Part shown: positions 45,440 through 54,753 of the stretch, piece by piece
Numbering within the stretch: position 1 is the stretch's first letter
Layout: each line of letters opens with the position of its first letter
Source of the DNA: an uncultured Conexibacteraceae bacterium
GTDB lineage: Bacteria; Actinomycetota; Thermoleophilia; Solirubrobacterales; Solirubrobacteraceae
Direction: 5' to 3'
Assembly: GCA_963848435.1 (NCBI GenBank)
Contig: CAWKDQ010000011.1
Span: forward strand, 580,418-644,417
Length of the DNA stretch: 64,000 nt
Notes under the pieces: model-generated
Seen by the model: only the letters and a program-made list of their open reading frames with translations
The model's database searches: none
What the model was told of the DNA's origin: nothing
Position numbers and translations under genes: made by a program

Positions 45440-46951
45440 ATGAAAGAGACGGTCATGACGAGCACGACCAGCACGGCAAAGAAGAGCAGAACTTCGGACT
45501 CGGACCGGCACACTGCGGTTGCCGCAGCCGGGAAGGCGTGGGGAGGCGCCGGCGTAGACCACCTGTCCGTGGCCGAACGGGTCGCGCGCGGCAAGGCGGC
45601 GCGGGCTGCGGTCCCGCGTTCGAGCCACAGCGGATTCGAACCATCGCCGCGGCGACCGGACCCGATCGATCTGCTCGAGCGTCAGGCCGCTACCCGCGTA
45701 CCTGAGCTCGTACCGATCCGTTACGGCCGGATGCTGGTTTCGCCGTTCACGTTCTACCGCGGCGCCGCGCTGATCATGGCCAACGACCTGGCTGGGACGC
45801 CTCGTTCGGGTCTCGATGTCCAGTGTTGCGGGGACGCGCATCTTTCGAACTTTGGTGTCTTCGCGTCTCCCGAACGGCAGCTCGTATTCGACCTCAACGA
45901 CTTTGACGAGACGCTCCCAGGGCCGTGGGAATGGGACGTCAAGCGTCTGTTGGTGAGCATGCTGATCGCCGGGATCAATAACGGCTTCCCGGTCAAGGAC
46001 CAGGAGCGAGTCGTGCTGGAAACAGCTAAGGAATACCGCACGGCGATGGCGAGCTTCGCGAGCATGAGCAACCTCGGCGTCTGGTATGCCCACATGGACA
46101 TCGAGAACAGGATCAAGGAGCTCGGCGCACAGATCAAGGAGCCCGCGCTCACCAAGCGGGCCGAGAAGATCCTGGCGAAGGCACACACCCGCGACAGCAT
46201 GACGGCGGCCGCAAAGCTCACACGCGTCATTGACGGGCAGCTTCGGATCGTGGACGAGGCTCCGCTGATCGTCCCGCTGAACCAGCTCATCGCCGACGGG
46301 GACGACGTGCCTGCGTTTGAGACGCTTCATCAGCTGTTTCGCGCTTACCGCAACACGCTCGAGCTCGACCGGCGTCATCTGCTCGAGCAGTTCGAGTTGA
46401 TGGATGTCGCTCGCAAGGTCGTGGGCGTTGGCAGCGTCGGCACGCGTGCATGGATCGCGCTCATGGTCGGTCGCGACGAACACGACCCGCTCATCCTGCA
46501 GATCAAGGAGGCTGAGTCGTCGGTTCTGGAGGAGTTCACCGCTCCGAGCGAGTTCGCAAACCACGGTCAGCGAGTTGTTGTCGGTCAGCGTCTCATGCAG
46601 GCCAGCAGCGACATCTTCCTAGGCTGGATCCACGTCGAGTCTGGGGCGGACGGACGAGAACGTGATTTCTACGCTCGTCAGCTCAAGGATTGGAAGGGCT
46701 CAGCTGAGATCGAGCAGATGGTTCCGGAAGGCATGGCCGCCTATGGCAGGCTGTGCGGCTGGACGCTCGCACGCGCTCACGCCCGAAGCGGCGACCGGAT
46801 CGCAATCGCCGCCTACCTGGGCGCCAGCAACAAGTTCGACCGAGCGGTCCTCGAGTTCTCGCAGGCCTACGCCGAGCAGAACGCGCGCGACTACAAAGCA
46901 CTCGAGGACGCGGTCAGCTCAGGCCGGATCCAAGCTGAAACAGGCGTCTAG
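45440..46951 (+). CDS. DUF2252-family protein, paralog 2
   Basis: VPIRYGRMLVSPFTFYRGAA, GDAHLSNFG and DFDETLPGPWEWDVKR motifs. Confidence 0.85.
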   Translation: MKETVMTSTTSTAKKSRTSDSDRHTAVAAAGKAWGGAGVDHLSVAERVARGKAARAAVPRSSHSGFEPSPRRPDPIDLLERQAATRVPELVPIRYGRMLVSPFTFYRGAALIMANDLAGTPRSGLDVQCCGDAHLSNFGVFASPERQLVFDLNDFDETLPGPWEWDVKRLLVSMLIAGINNGFPVKDQERVVLETAKEYRTAMASFASMSNLGVWYAHMDIENRIKELGAQIKEPALTKRAEKILAKAHTRDSMTAAAKLTRVIDGQLRIVDEAPLIVPLNQLIADGDDVPAFETLHQLFRAYRNTLELDRRHLLEQFELMDVARKVVGVGSVGTRAWIALMVGRDEHDPLILQIKEAESSVLEEFTAPSEFANHGQRVVVGQRLMQASSDIFLGWIHVESGADGRERDFYARQLKDWKGSAEIEQMVPEGMAAYGRLCGWTLARAHARSGDRIAIAAYLGASNKFDRAVLEFSQAYAEQNARDYKALEDAVSSGRIQAETGV

Positions 46952-47019
46952 GCCCGCGATGTGGCAGGCGGGTGACCATAGGTGTGGTTGCCGGCAGCCG
47001 GACTGCGGGATCGGCTGGA

Positions 47020-47083
47020 TCGGGCAAGCGGCGTGGCCTCGTCGGGCGAGGTGCAAGGCTGCGTCGGGCAAGCGGCGTGGCCT
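47020..47083. repeat. Two copies of a 20-bp direct repeat (tcgggcaagcggcgtggcct) spaced 44 bp start to start
   Basis: Copies at 47020..47039 and 47064..47083, in an intergenic region. Confidence 0.6.
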
Positions 47084-47103
47084 GGGTCTCGGTGAGACCT
47101 CGG

Positions 47104-47222
47104 ACCTGCTGGATCTGACAAATCGACATGTCGGCGGGCCGATTTGCTCGCGCGCGCACGGAAATCGTGCGCTTCTGAGCACATCGAGGGTGGCCCGACC
47201 CGATTTGTCAGATTGAGCAGGT
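47104..47222. repeat. 22-bp imperfect inverted repeat (20 of 22) enclosing about 75 bp
   Basis: acctgctggatctgacaaatcg (47104..47125) against the reverse complement of cgatttgtcagattgagcaggt (47201..47222). Confidence 0.6.
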
Positions 47223-47359
47223 GGCCAGTCGTGAGGCCGTCGCAGTCGAGCGATGACTGCAGGTGCCCAGACTCAGTGTCACCGGCCCGCACTGCCGTTG
47301 ACGATCAAGGCAAGCTGAGTGCGATAGAGAAGCATCATGGTAAAGCAAGCGGCTCTGCT

Positions 47360-47387
47360 TTGGTAGTCAATTAGATTTGGTTATAGT
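47360..47387 (+). promoter_or_regulatory. Candidate promoter of the higB-like/higA-like pair (near-leaderless)
   Basis: TTGGTA, 16-nt spacer, TATAGT (47382..47387). The ATG at 47396 is only 8 nt past the -10 element. The region is locally AT-rich with repeated TTTGGT(A/T) motifs. Confidence 0.35.
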
Positions 47388-47395
47388 CTCAGCGC

Positions 47396-47797
47396 ATGAG
47401 CTGGGAGGTGGAGTTCACACCAGAGGCCGAGCGATGGTTTGCGTCGCTCGGCGACCGCGACGCAGAGCGGTTTGCCGCGGGTGTCGATCGTCTAGAGCGC
47501 GATGGACCGGGCTTGGGTCGGCCGTTCGCGGACTCGGTCAAGGGCTCTCGCCACCGCAACATGAAGGAGCTTCGCTCTGTAGGCGGGAACCTGCGAGCGC
47601 TGTTCGCGTTCGATCCACGGCGCCACGCGGTGGTGCTTCTCGGCGGCGACAAGACGAACGATTGGCGCGGCTGGTACGGCCGCAACGTGCCCGCCGCCGA
47701 CCGACTCTACGATGAGCATCTACGCAGCCTGGGAGGAGGTGGCAGGCAATGGCAGACACGAAGAACTGGCGTGAGGTCCGCGGCGCGCGGGCGCTGA
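47396..47797 (+). CDS. RelE/ParE-superfamily toxin (Gp49/DUF891, HigB-like)
   Basis: NMKELRSVGGNLRALFAFDPRRHAVVLLGGDKTNDWRGWY signature. Confidence 0.75.
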   Translation: MSWEVEFTPEAERWFASLGDRDAERFAAGVDRLERDGPGLGRPFADSVKGSRHRNMKELRSVGGNLRALFAFDPRRHAVVLLGGDKTNDWRGWYGRNVPAADRLYDEHLRSLGGGGRQWQTRRTGVRSAARGR

Positions 47798-48090
47798 ACG
47801 AAGCCCGTGTCGAGACCTACAGGCGGCTGATGGATGCCGTGACCGAGCTCAGCGAGGTGTGCCTGCAGCGCGGAGTCGGCGAGGATCAGCTGGCCCGCGC
47901 GTTCGCGGAACTGCGGGTGGGCGCACCCGGGAGCGAGCAGGAGGACGATCTGTACCTGTCGGCCCTCACGCGTTGTGTCGCCGTCCTGGGCGGGCACGTG
48001 GAGGTCCGCGCCGTGTTCGGCGATGATGCCGTCACCGTGCTGCGGATCAACGAGCAGTCCGACGGTGAGGACCAGTCTCCCGGGCATTGA
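47749..48090 (+). CDS. Putative HTH antitoxin (HigA-like)
   Basis: 113-aa ORF that overlaps the toxin's 3' end, following the toxin-first gene order typical of HigBA. The motif match is weak. Confidence 0.55.
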   Translation: MADTKNWREVRGARALNEARVETYRRLMDAVTELSEVCLQRGVGEDQLARAFAELRVGAPGSEQEDDLYLSALTRCVAVLGGHVEVRAVFGDDAVTVLRINEQSDGEDQSPGH

Positions 48091-48246
48091 CGCAGCCTCG
48101 GTGCGCCGGCCTTCCGCGCCGTGTACCGGACGAGCACGGGGACTCCGGCTTCCGTCCTCAGCTGATCCCAGGGGCGCGTCGAGCAGCCGCAGGTCCGTAG
48201 CATTGCGATCAGCACCACTCCACCCTTGGACAAAAGGAGCAGAACC

Positions 48247-48669
48247 ATGCCCGCAAAGGCCAGCGCAGATTGGAAGGGCGACCTCAAGACCGGGTCTGGA
48301 AGCTTCGTGGCCGGCGGCAGCATCAAGGGCGAGGTGACGTTCAAGTCGCGGTTCGAGGACGGTCCGGGGGCCAATCCTGAGCAGCTGATCGCAGCTGCTC
48401 ATGCCTCCTGTTTCTCGATGGCGCTATCGGCAGCGTTGGCGGAGGCAGGCACGCCCGTCGACGTGGTGAAAACCGACGCGACGGTGACGCTGCGGCTGGT
48501 CGACGGCGCGCCAACGATCGCATCGATCGCGCTCAGAACGGTCGGAACGGTGCCAGGGCTCGACCAGGAGGGCTTCGAGAAGGCGGCGGCCGGCGCGAAG
48601 GCCAACTGCCCGGTCAGCCGCGCACTCGCGGCCGTTCCGGAGATCACGCTCGAGGCGACCCTGGCCTGA
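48247..48669 (+). CDS. osmC: OsmC-family peroxiredoxin
   Basis: ATG at 48247 follows AAGGAG. PEQLIAAAHASCFSMAL and KANCPVSRAL Cys contexts. Confidence 0.85.
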   Translation: MPAKASADWKGDLKTGSGSFVAGGSIKGEVTFKSRFEDGPGANPEQLIAAAHASCFSMALSAALAEAGTPVDVVKTDATVTLRLVDGAPTIASIALRTVGTVPGLDQEGFEKAAAGAKANCPVSRALAAVPEITLEATLA

Positions 48670-49060
48670 CCATCGCGGTGTGGTCCGGCGCGCCGAAGCC
48701 GAACTGCTCATACAGACCATGGGCATCGGCGGTGAAGAGCGTCCACCGCTGCTGCGCGCCGGGGCCGTCATCGATCATCGTCTTGACGATCAGCTTGCCG
48801 ATCCCCCGTCCGCGATGCTCGGGGTCAACGATCACGTCGGCGAGGTAGGCATCGTTGACGCCGTCGGACGACGCGCGTGCGAAACCGACCTGCCGGCCGC
48901 TGTCCCCGTCGTGGACGCTGACGACGCGCCAGGCGCAGTCGATCTGCCGCTCGATGTCATCACGCGTGCGCCACCGGTGCCAGTATGCCTCCGTCGAGAG
49001 CATCCGCCACACCCAGTCGCGGTCGATCCGAGCCGGATCGGTGGTCGCTGTGTAGCGCAT
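48644..49060 (-). CDS. GNAT-family N-acetyltransferase
   Basis: VIVDPEHRGRGIGKLIV acetyl-CoA binding motif. Start trimmed to ATG at 49060. Confidence 0.75.
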   Translation of the reverse strand: MRYTATTDPARIDRDWVWRMLSTEAYWHRWRTRDDIERQIDCAWRVVSVHDGDSGRQVGFARASSDGVNDAYLADVIVDPEHRGRGIGKLIVKTMIDDGPGAQQRWTLFTADAHGLYEQFGFGAPDHTAMVRPGSPRA

Positions 49061-49074
49061 CCCGGCATCCTGCC

Positions 49075-50085
49075 ATGCCTGCCGCATCTGTCACGCTTCC
49101 GGCGTTGATTGACGCGACCCCGGTTCTGATCGCGCCCGACTCGTTCAAGGGCACCTTCACCGCGACGCAGGTCGCGGGGGCGCTCGGACGCGGGCTGAAC
49201 GCGGGCGGGGTGGGTGCCGACCTGTGTCCCGTTGCCGACGGGGGCGAGGGGACGATGGCCGCGCTCGCCCGCGCGTTGGGCGCCGAACTGCGAGCCGCCA
49301 CCGTCGCCGATCCAATCGGGCGCCCCGTGAGCGCGGAGTACGCCCGGGCCGGCGAGGTCGCCATCCTCGAGACGGCAGCGGCCAGCGGCCTTGATCGCGT
49401 GGAGGTCTCGGAGAGGGATCCGATCGCGGCCAGCACGGCCGGTACTGGTGAGCTGATCCTCGAGGCGATTCGGGCCGGCGCCCGCACGATCTACCTGGGA
49501 GTCGGTGGCAGTGCCACGACCGACGGGGGCAGCGGCGCGGTCGACGTGATCGAGCGCGCGCGCGGGCTCGACGGCGCACGGCTGGTCGTACTCTGCGACG
49601 TCAGCACCCCGTACGAGCAGGCAGCGCGCGTGTTCGCCGCGCAGAAGGGCGCGTCCCCGGAGGACATCGAGCAGCTCACCGAACGGCTGCACGCGACCGC
49701 CGCCACGCTGCCGGCGGACCCGCGTGGAAGAGCGATGACCGGCGCGGCCGGCGGCCTCTCCGGCGGCTTATGGGCCGCGTTCGGCGCTGAGCTGGTGCCG
49801 GGTGCGGCGTTCGTGCTCGACGCGGTCGGCTTCGACGCGCGAGCCGCTGCGGCCCGGGCAGTGGTAACGGGAGAGGGCAGGCTCGACGCCCAGAGCCTCG
49901 CCGGCAAGCTCGTCTCCGAGGTCGCCACGCGGGCGCGGGCTGCAGGTCTCAGCTGTCACGTTGTGGCAGGCTCGTGCGCGCTGGCCCCGGGGCAGGCGGG
50001 GCGGTTGGGCCTGGGGGAGGTGATCGAGGCCTCGACCCTCGAACAGATCGAGGCTACCGGCATGCGGCTCGCACAGCTGGTCTAG
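49075..50085 (+). CDS. Glycerate kinase; start at ATG 49075 or TTG 49105
   Basis: VLIAPDSFKGTFTA N-terminal signature and ...CPVADGGEGT... Confidence 0.82.
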   Translation: MPAASVTLPALIDATPVLIAPDSFKGTFTATQVAGALGRGLNAGGVGADLCPVADGGEGTMAALARALGAELRAATVADPIGRPVSAEYARAGEVAILETAAASGLDRVEVSERDPIAASTAGTGELILEAIRAGARTIYLGVGGSATTDGGSGAVDVIERARGLDGARLVVLCDVSTPYEQAARVFAAQKGASPEDIEQLTERLHATAATLPADPRGRAMTGAAGGLSGGLWAAFGAELVPGAAFVLDAVGFDARAAAARAVVTGEGRLDAQSLAGKLVSEVATRARAAGLSCHVVAGSCALAPGQAGRLGLGEVIEASTLEQIEATGMRLAQLV

Positions 50086-50141
50086 TTCGCGACAGGACGA
50101 GTGGAAGTGGCGTGCCGGACGGCTCGGGTAGCCTCACGCTG

Positions 50142-51569
50142 ATGCTGACCGGTGTCACCGAGCTCGACGGCACGCGCGCCATATCGGTTGCCGGCCGGGA
50201 GCTGTCCTACGGGGAGTTGCGGGAGTGTGCGACGGCGCTCGCCCCGGGGATCGAGGGTGCCGAGCGGGTTGCGGTGTGGGCCGAGTCCTCGCTGGAGTTC
50301 TGCGTCGCGGCAGTCGCCGCCCTCAACGCCGGCGTCCCGTTGGTGCCGATCAACCCGAAGCTCGGACATGCGGAGCTTCTGCACGTGCTGACCGACAGCG
50401 CTCCTGATGTGCTGATCGGCGCCCCGCGTGGGGCGCTGCCGGCCCTACCCGCGCCACCCCGGGAGCTCCATGTCGACCTTGAGGCCCGCTCCGCAGGGCT
50501 GCCTGCTGAAGAACATGCGGACTCCGATCCGGCACTGATCGTGTACACGTCGGGGACGACCGGCCGGCCGAAGGGCGTCGTCCTGTCGCGCGGTGCGATC
50601 AGCTCCAACCTCGACTCGCTGGCTGAGGTGTGGGCGTGGAGCGCGCATGACACGGTGGTGCATGCGCTGCCGCTGTTCCACGTGCATGGACTCGTGATCG
50701 GGCTCCTCGGTGTTCTGCGCCGAGGTGGCACGCTTTGCCACCTCGGCCGCTTCGACGCCGGCGCGGCCGCGGCGGCGCTTGGGGCGGGCGGGACCATGCT
50801 GTTGGGCGTCCCGACGATGTATCACCGCCTTGGCCAGGCGGCCGAGGATGACGCAGCGATCGTCAATGGGTTGCGCGCGGCGCGCCTGTTGGTGTCGGGT
50901 TCGGCGCCGCTTCCGGCACCGGAGTTCGAGCGGATCCGGCGCCTGACGGGGCAGGAGATAGCCGAGCGTTACGGGATGACCGAGACGCTGATCAGCTTGT
51001 CGGCGCGGGTCGGGGGTGTGCGGCGGCCCGGTCGGGTCGGTGTTCCGGTTCCGGGCGTTGAGGTGCGGCTGCTCGACGATGATGGGGTCGAGCTGGATGT
51101 CTGTGATGAGGAGACGATTGGGGAGGTGCTCGTGCGCGGTCCGAACCTCTTCAGCGGCTATCTGAATCGTCCGGACGCGACCGGCGAGGCGATTCATGAT
51201 GGTTGGTTTGCGACCGGTGATCTGGCGACACGCGACCCTGACCGGCATTGGCGGATCGTCGGGCGACGTTCGACGGATCTGATCAAGACCGCCGGCTACA
51301 GGGTCGGTGCCGGTGAGATCGAGGTCACGCTGCTTGAGCATCCCCGCGTGCTCGAGGTCGCGGTCACCGGCGAGCCTGACCCGGACCTCGGCGAGCGCAT
51401 CGTCGCGTGGGTTGTCGCGGACGGTCGAGGCGAGGCCCTCGAGCGCGAGCTGATCGATCATGTTGGCGGTGAGCTGGCATCGCACAAGCGTCCGCGTGAG
51501 GTGCGTTTCCTGGACGAGTTGCCACGCAACGCGCTCGGGAAGGTCGTCAAGCAGCAACTGGTCGCCTGA
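50142..51569 (+). CDS. AMP-forming acyl-CoA synthetase / ligase
   Basis: AMP-binding motif [14 protein letters not shown] and ...GWFATGDL... Confidence 0.85.
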   Translation: MLTGVTELDGTRAISVAGRELSYGELRECATALAPGIEGAERVAVWAESSLEFCVAAVAALNAGVPLVPINPKLGHAELLHVLTDSAPDVLIGAPRGALPALPAPPRELHVDLEARSAGLPAEEHADSDPALIVYTSGTTGRPKGVVLSRGAISSNLDSLAEVWAWSAHDTVVHALPLFHVHGLVIGLLGVLRRGGTLCHLGRFDAGAAAAALGAGGTMLLGVPTMYHRLGQAAEDDAAIVNGLRAARLLVSGSAPLPAPEFERIRRLTGQEIAERYGMTETLISLSARVGGVRRPGRVGVPVPGVEVRLLDDDGVELDVCDEETIGEVLVRGPNLFSGYLNRPDATGEAIHDGWFATGDLATRDPDRHWRIVGRRSTDLIKTAGYRVGAGEIEVTLLEHPRVLEVAVTGEPDPDLGERIVAWVVADGRGEALERELIDHVGGELASHKRPREVRFLDELPRNALGKVVKQQLVA

Positions 51570-51609
51570 GAGCGAGTATCACTTGACCTTGACTGACGAC
51601 GGAGGATCT

Positions 51610-52494
51610 ATGCGAGTTGGATGGATTGGGGTCGGTGTGATGGGCGCGTCGATGTGCGGCCATCTGGTCGATGCGGGCTACGAGACGATTGTCTATTCGC
51701 GTACGCAGGAGCGGGCGCGACCGTTGCTCGACAGGGGGGCCACGTGGGCTGATTCGCCGGCGGAGGCGGCGGCCGGGTCTGATCTGACGTTCACGATGGT
51801 GGGGTATCCGAGCGATGTTCGTGAGGTCGTGCTGGGTGAGCGGGGAGTGTTGAGCGCCGCCGAGCCCGGTTCGGTGGTTGTGGACATGAGCACCAGCGAG
51901 CCATCGCTTGCCAAGGAGATCTTTGACGCGGCGGCCGCGATCGGGGTCGGCAGTCTCGATGCGCCGGTCTCCGGCGGCGATGTCGGGGCTCGCAATGGGA
52001 CGCTGTCGATCATGGTGGGTGGTGAGGCCGGGACTGTCGAGGCGGTGCGGCCGCTGTTTGAGATTCTCGGCTCGACCGTCAGTCACCAGGGGCCGGCGGG
52101 CGCCGGGCAGCACGCCAAGATGGTCAATCAGACGTTGATCGCGACCGGCATGATCGGCGTGTGTGAGGCGTTGCTGTACGCGTACAGGGCGGGGCTTGAG
52201 CTGGACGAGGTGCTCGAGGCGGTTGCCGGCGGCGCGGCCGGCTCGTGGTCGCTGTCCAACTACGCGCCGCGGATGTTGCGGGGTGACTACGCGCCGGGGT
52301 TCATGGTCGAGCACTTCATCAAGGACATGGAGATCACTCTGGCAGAGGCCCGGAAGATGGATCTGGCGTTGCCGGGGCTCGCGCTCGCGCATGAGCTCTA
52401 CCTGGCGCTGCGGGCCCAGGGCGGTGGGCGTGACGGCACGCACTCGCTGATCCGGGCGCTCGCAAGGCTCTCGGCGATCAATTGGGATCGGTGA
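51610..52494 (+). CDS. NAD(P)-dependent beta-hydroxyacid (3-hydroxyisobutyrate-type) dehydrogenase
   Basis: ATG at 51610 follows GGAGGA. Rossmann motif [13 protein letters not shown] and ...[11 protein letters not shown]... Confidence 0.85.
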   Translation: MRVGWIGVGVMGASMCGHLVDAGYETIVYSRTQERARPLLDRGATWADSPAEAAAGSDLTFTMVGYPSDVREVVLGERGVLSAAEPGSVVVDMSTSEPSLAKEIFDAAAAIGVGSLDAPVSGGDVGARNGTLSIMVGGEAGTVEAVRPLFEILGSTVSHQGPAGAGQHAKMVNQTLIATGMIGVCEALLYAYRAGLELDEVLEAVAGGAAGSWSLSNYAPRMLRGDYAPGFMVEHFIKDMEITLAEARKMDLALPGLALAHELYLALRAQGGGRDGTHSLIRALARLSAINWDR

Positions 52495-52505
52495 GGCACC
52501 GGGGT

Positions 52506-53351
52506 TTACGTCAAGCGGAGCTCGTAGTAGTCGTCGGTGACGACCCGACGGAATCCGAGCGACTCGTAGAGGCCGAGCGCGCGGTCGTTGGCCACCTCGA
52601 CCTCGAGGTCGACCTCGGACGCGCCACGGTCGAACAGTTCGCGGCAGACCTGGTCCAGGGCGGCACGGCCGAATCCGCGCCCCCGCCACTGCGCGGCGAC
52701 GACGAACCCGTAAACCGCTGCGCGGTCACCGTCGAGCGTCGTGCGCACCGTCCCGACCACCTCGTGGCCATGAATGAGCATCAGTGTGCGAACGCGCTGA
52801 TCCGAAAGGGGCGCGTTCGTGTCAACCCGCCCGTCGCCGAAGCCGTCAAGGTAAAGCTGGGAGAGTGCCTGGATATCACCGGCGGTCGCCCCGCGCCGTG
52901 AGACCGGGTGCTCGATCACCGGGTCCTCGGGTCGGCTGACCAACCTAAGCGCGTGCTCGGAGTGATCGAGCGGCATCGCGAGGCTGAGTGCGAGCGCGCG
53001 CCCTCCGACCGACGGCCTCGGAACCACCATCAGCACGCGCGCGGCCCGCTGCTCGCGGCAGATCGGCAGCGTTGCGTCGAACAGTTCCCGGCCGACCCCG
53101 CGGCGCCGGGCCTTCGGATCGACCATGCCCGCCACCTCCAGAGTCGGCCAACCGAAGCCGTAGACGCCGGCAAAACCGAGCAGCTGATCGTCCTGCCACC
53201 ACAGCAGATCCCGAACCTCTGTAGGCCGGCGGCTGCGAAGCGTGGCCCACTCGAGTTTCAGGCGTCCACCGTCGGCGATGAGGACGCGGCGCTCGAGGTC
53301 TTCAATCGCCTCGAGTGCCGTGTCCGTCAGTCCGTGTGAGCGCTCAAGCAT
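52506..53351 (-). CDS. Two-domain GNAT acetyltransferase (MshD-like architecture)
   Basis: Two acetyl-CoA motifs: DPKARRRGVGREL and AAQWRGRGFGRAAL. Confidence 0.78.
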   Translation of the reverse strand: MLERSHGLTDTALEAIEDLERRVLIADGGRLKLEWATLRSRRPTEVRDLLWWQDDQLLGFAGVYGFGWPTLEVAGMVDPKARRRGVGRELFDATLPICREQRAARVLMVVPRPSVGGRALALSLAMPLDHSEHALRLVSRPEDPVIEHPVSRRGATAGDIQALSQLYLDGFGDGRVDTNAPLSDQRVRTLMLIHGHEVVGTVRTTLDGDRAAVYGFVVAAQWRGRGFGRAALDQVCRELFDRGASEVDLEVEVANDRALGLYESLGFRRVVTDDYYELRLT

Positions 53352-53538
53352 CGCGCCGACCGTACACGTGGCGGCTCTCGCAGCGGGTGCGGACCGCCTC
53401 TGCGCGACCCTGAATCCGCAGCGATCTTCCGCGATGGGAGTTCAGTCTTCGAGCGAACAGTCGCCAGGCGGGCAGCCCCGGCGGCAACCTGTACCTCGGC
53501 TTCGGCAGCACGCTGGTGAGCAGCGGGCGGGTCAACAT
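53344..53538 (-). CDS. Small, very basic hypothetical protein (64 aa)
   Basis: Strong Shine-Dalgarno (SD) sequence GAGGAGGTGA 5 nt upstream of the ATG. The stop overlaps the GNAT start by 8 nt (ATGCTTGA). No motif recognised. Confidence 0.35.
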   Translation of the reverse strand: MLTRPLLTSVLPKPRYRLPPGLPAWRLFARRLNSHRGRSLRIQGRAEAVRTRCESRHVYGRRDA

Positions 53539-53701
53539 GACTCACCTCCTCTCTGTGTCGAGTGTGTAATACGGCAGCAGTGAGCGTTCACGTCGGGCGT
53601 GTCAATGCGACGCGCGCGACGCGATCAAACTCCACATGCATATGGAACAACGTCTGACTGTGGCTGTCAGGACACCGGCGTGGCGCCCCGGGCCCATTCC
53701 G

Positions 53702-53732
53702 ACAAAAAGGGCGGTCCCGATCGGGACCGCCC
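53702..53732 (-). terminator. Rho-independent terminator (minus strand)
   Basis: Perfect 24-nt palindrome gggcggtcccgatcgggaccgccc (53709..53732), followed on the minus strand by TTTTTGT. Confidence 0.6.
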
Positions 53733-53762
53733 TCGCTCACGTCGGAGTATGCGCGCCGGTTT

Positions 53763-53891
53763 TCAGCGCGCGGACCTCGCAGCGAGGGATCGATGGCTGG
53801 CGAGACGTCCGACTGCCGCAATCTGGGCGTCGACAGCTGCGTCGACCCTGGCGGTCACAGTCTCTCTGGCGGTGTGGAAGGCGCTGTACAT
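53763..53891 (-). CDS. Possible 42-aa small protein (below the ORF-track length cutoff)
   Basis: ATG preceded by GAGGGGG. Translation MYSAFHTARETVTARVDAAVDAQIAAVGRLASHRSLAARSAR. The stop lies about 30 nt before the terminator. Confidence 0.3.
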   Translation of the reverse strand: MYSAFHTARETVTARVDAAVDAQIAAVGRLASHRSLAARSAR

Positions 53892-54051
53892 AGGTGAACC
53901 CCCTCGCAGCTCTGAGTGGGGACGTCCACCGTAGCCGACGGTTTGTGGTAATGCAAGGGGTAAGTGTGAATTTTCCGTGACGCGACCTCAGATGTCACTC
54001 GCGATCGTGATCGCCCGCCCCTGACAACGCGTTCCCGTATCGTCCTGACGG

Positions 54052-54753
54052 ATGCGGGTCCTCACGATCGTCCACGAGGCAGATGCCGGCCCAGGGGTAT
54101 TCGGTGACGTGCTCACGGCCAGTGGGGCCGACCTCCACGAGTGGTGGCCGGCGGAGCAGCTCGATGCCCCGGCGCAGCCCGACGCTTACGACGCGATCCT
54201 GAGCCTCGGCGGTGACGCCAATCCAGATCAGGGCTCCGAATACCCGTGGCTCGAGATCGAGAAGGAGTTCCTCGCCGGCGCGCTCACCGCGCGGGTGCCG
54301 ACGCTCGGGGTCTGCCTCGGGGCAGAGCTCCTGGCTGAAGCGGGTGGCGGCCTCAGTCGTAGCCTCGGCAGCTCGGAGATCGGCTGGTATGAGGTCAGGC
54401 TGAACTCCGCCGCGAGCGCCGATCCCGTCCTGCGCGCGATGGACAGCCGTTTCTCTGCGTTCGAGTGGCACAGCTACGAGACGGTCCCGCCGCCGCATGC
54501 AACGGAGCTCGCGCGCAGTGACACGTGCGTCCAGGCATTCCGGATCGGCGCAAGCGCGTGGGGCATCCAGTTCCACGCGGAGGTAACCGCGGGGGACCTT
54601 GAGAACTGGTTCACCCTCTACGCGGGCGAGGACACGGCGACCCGCGTGGACGTGGAGGCGATCCTGCGCCAGACGGCGTCTGAGATCACCGCCTGGAACG
54701 AGCGCGGGCGTTGTCTCTGTGAGCGTTTCCTGCAGCGGGCGGCATGCCGGTGA
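54052..54753 (+). CDS. Class I glutamine amidotransferase-like protein
   Basis: GVCLGAELL nucleophile context and FHAEV His motif. Confidence 0.78.
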   Translation: MRVLTIVHEADAGPGVFGDVLTASGADLHEWWPAEQLDAPAQPDAYDAILSLGGDANPDQGSEYPWLEIEKEFLAGALTARVPTLGVCLGAELLAEAGGGLSRSLGSSEIGWYEVRLNSAASADPVLRAMDSRFSAFEWHSYETVPPPHATELARSDTCVQAFRIGASAWGIQFHAEVTAGDLENWFTLYAGEDTATRVDVEAILRQTASEITAWNERGRCLCERFLQRAACR

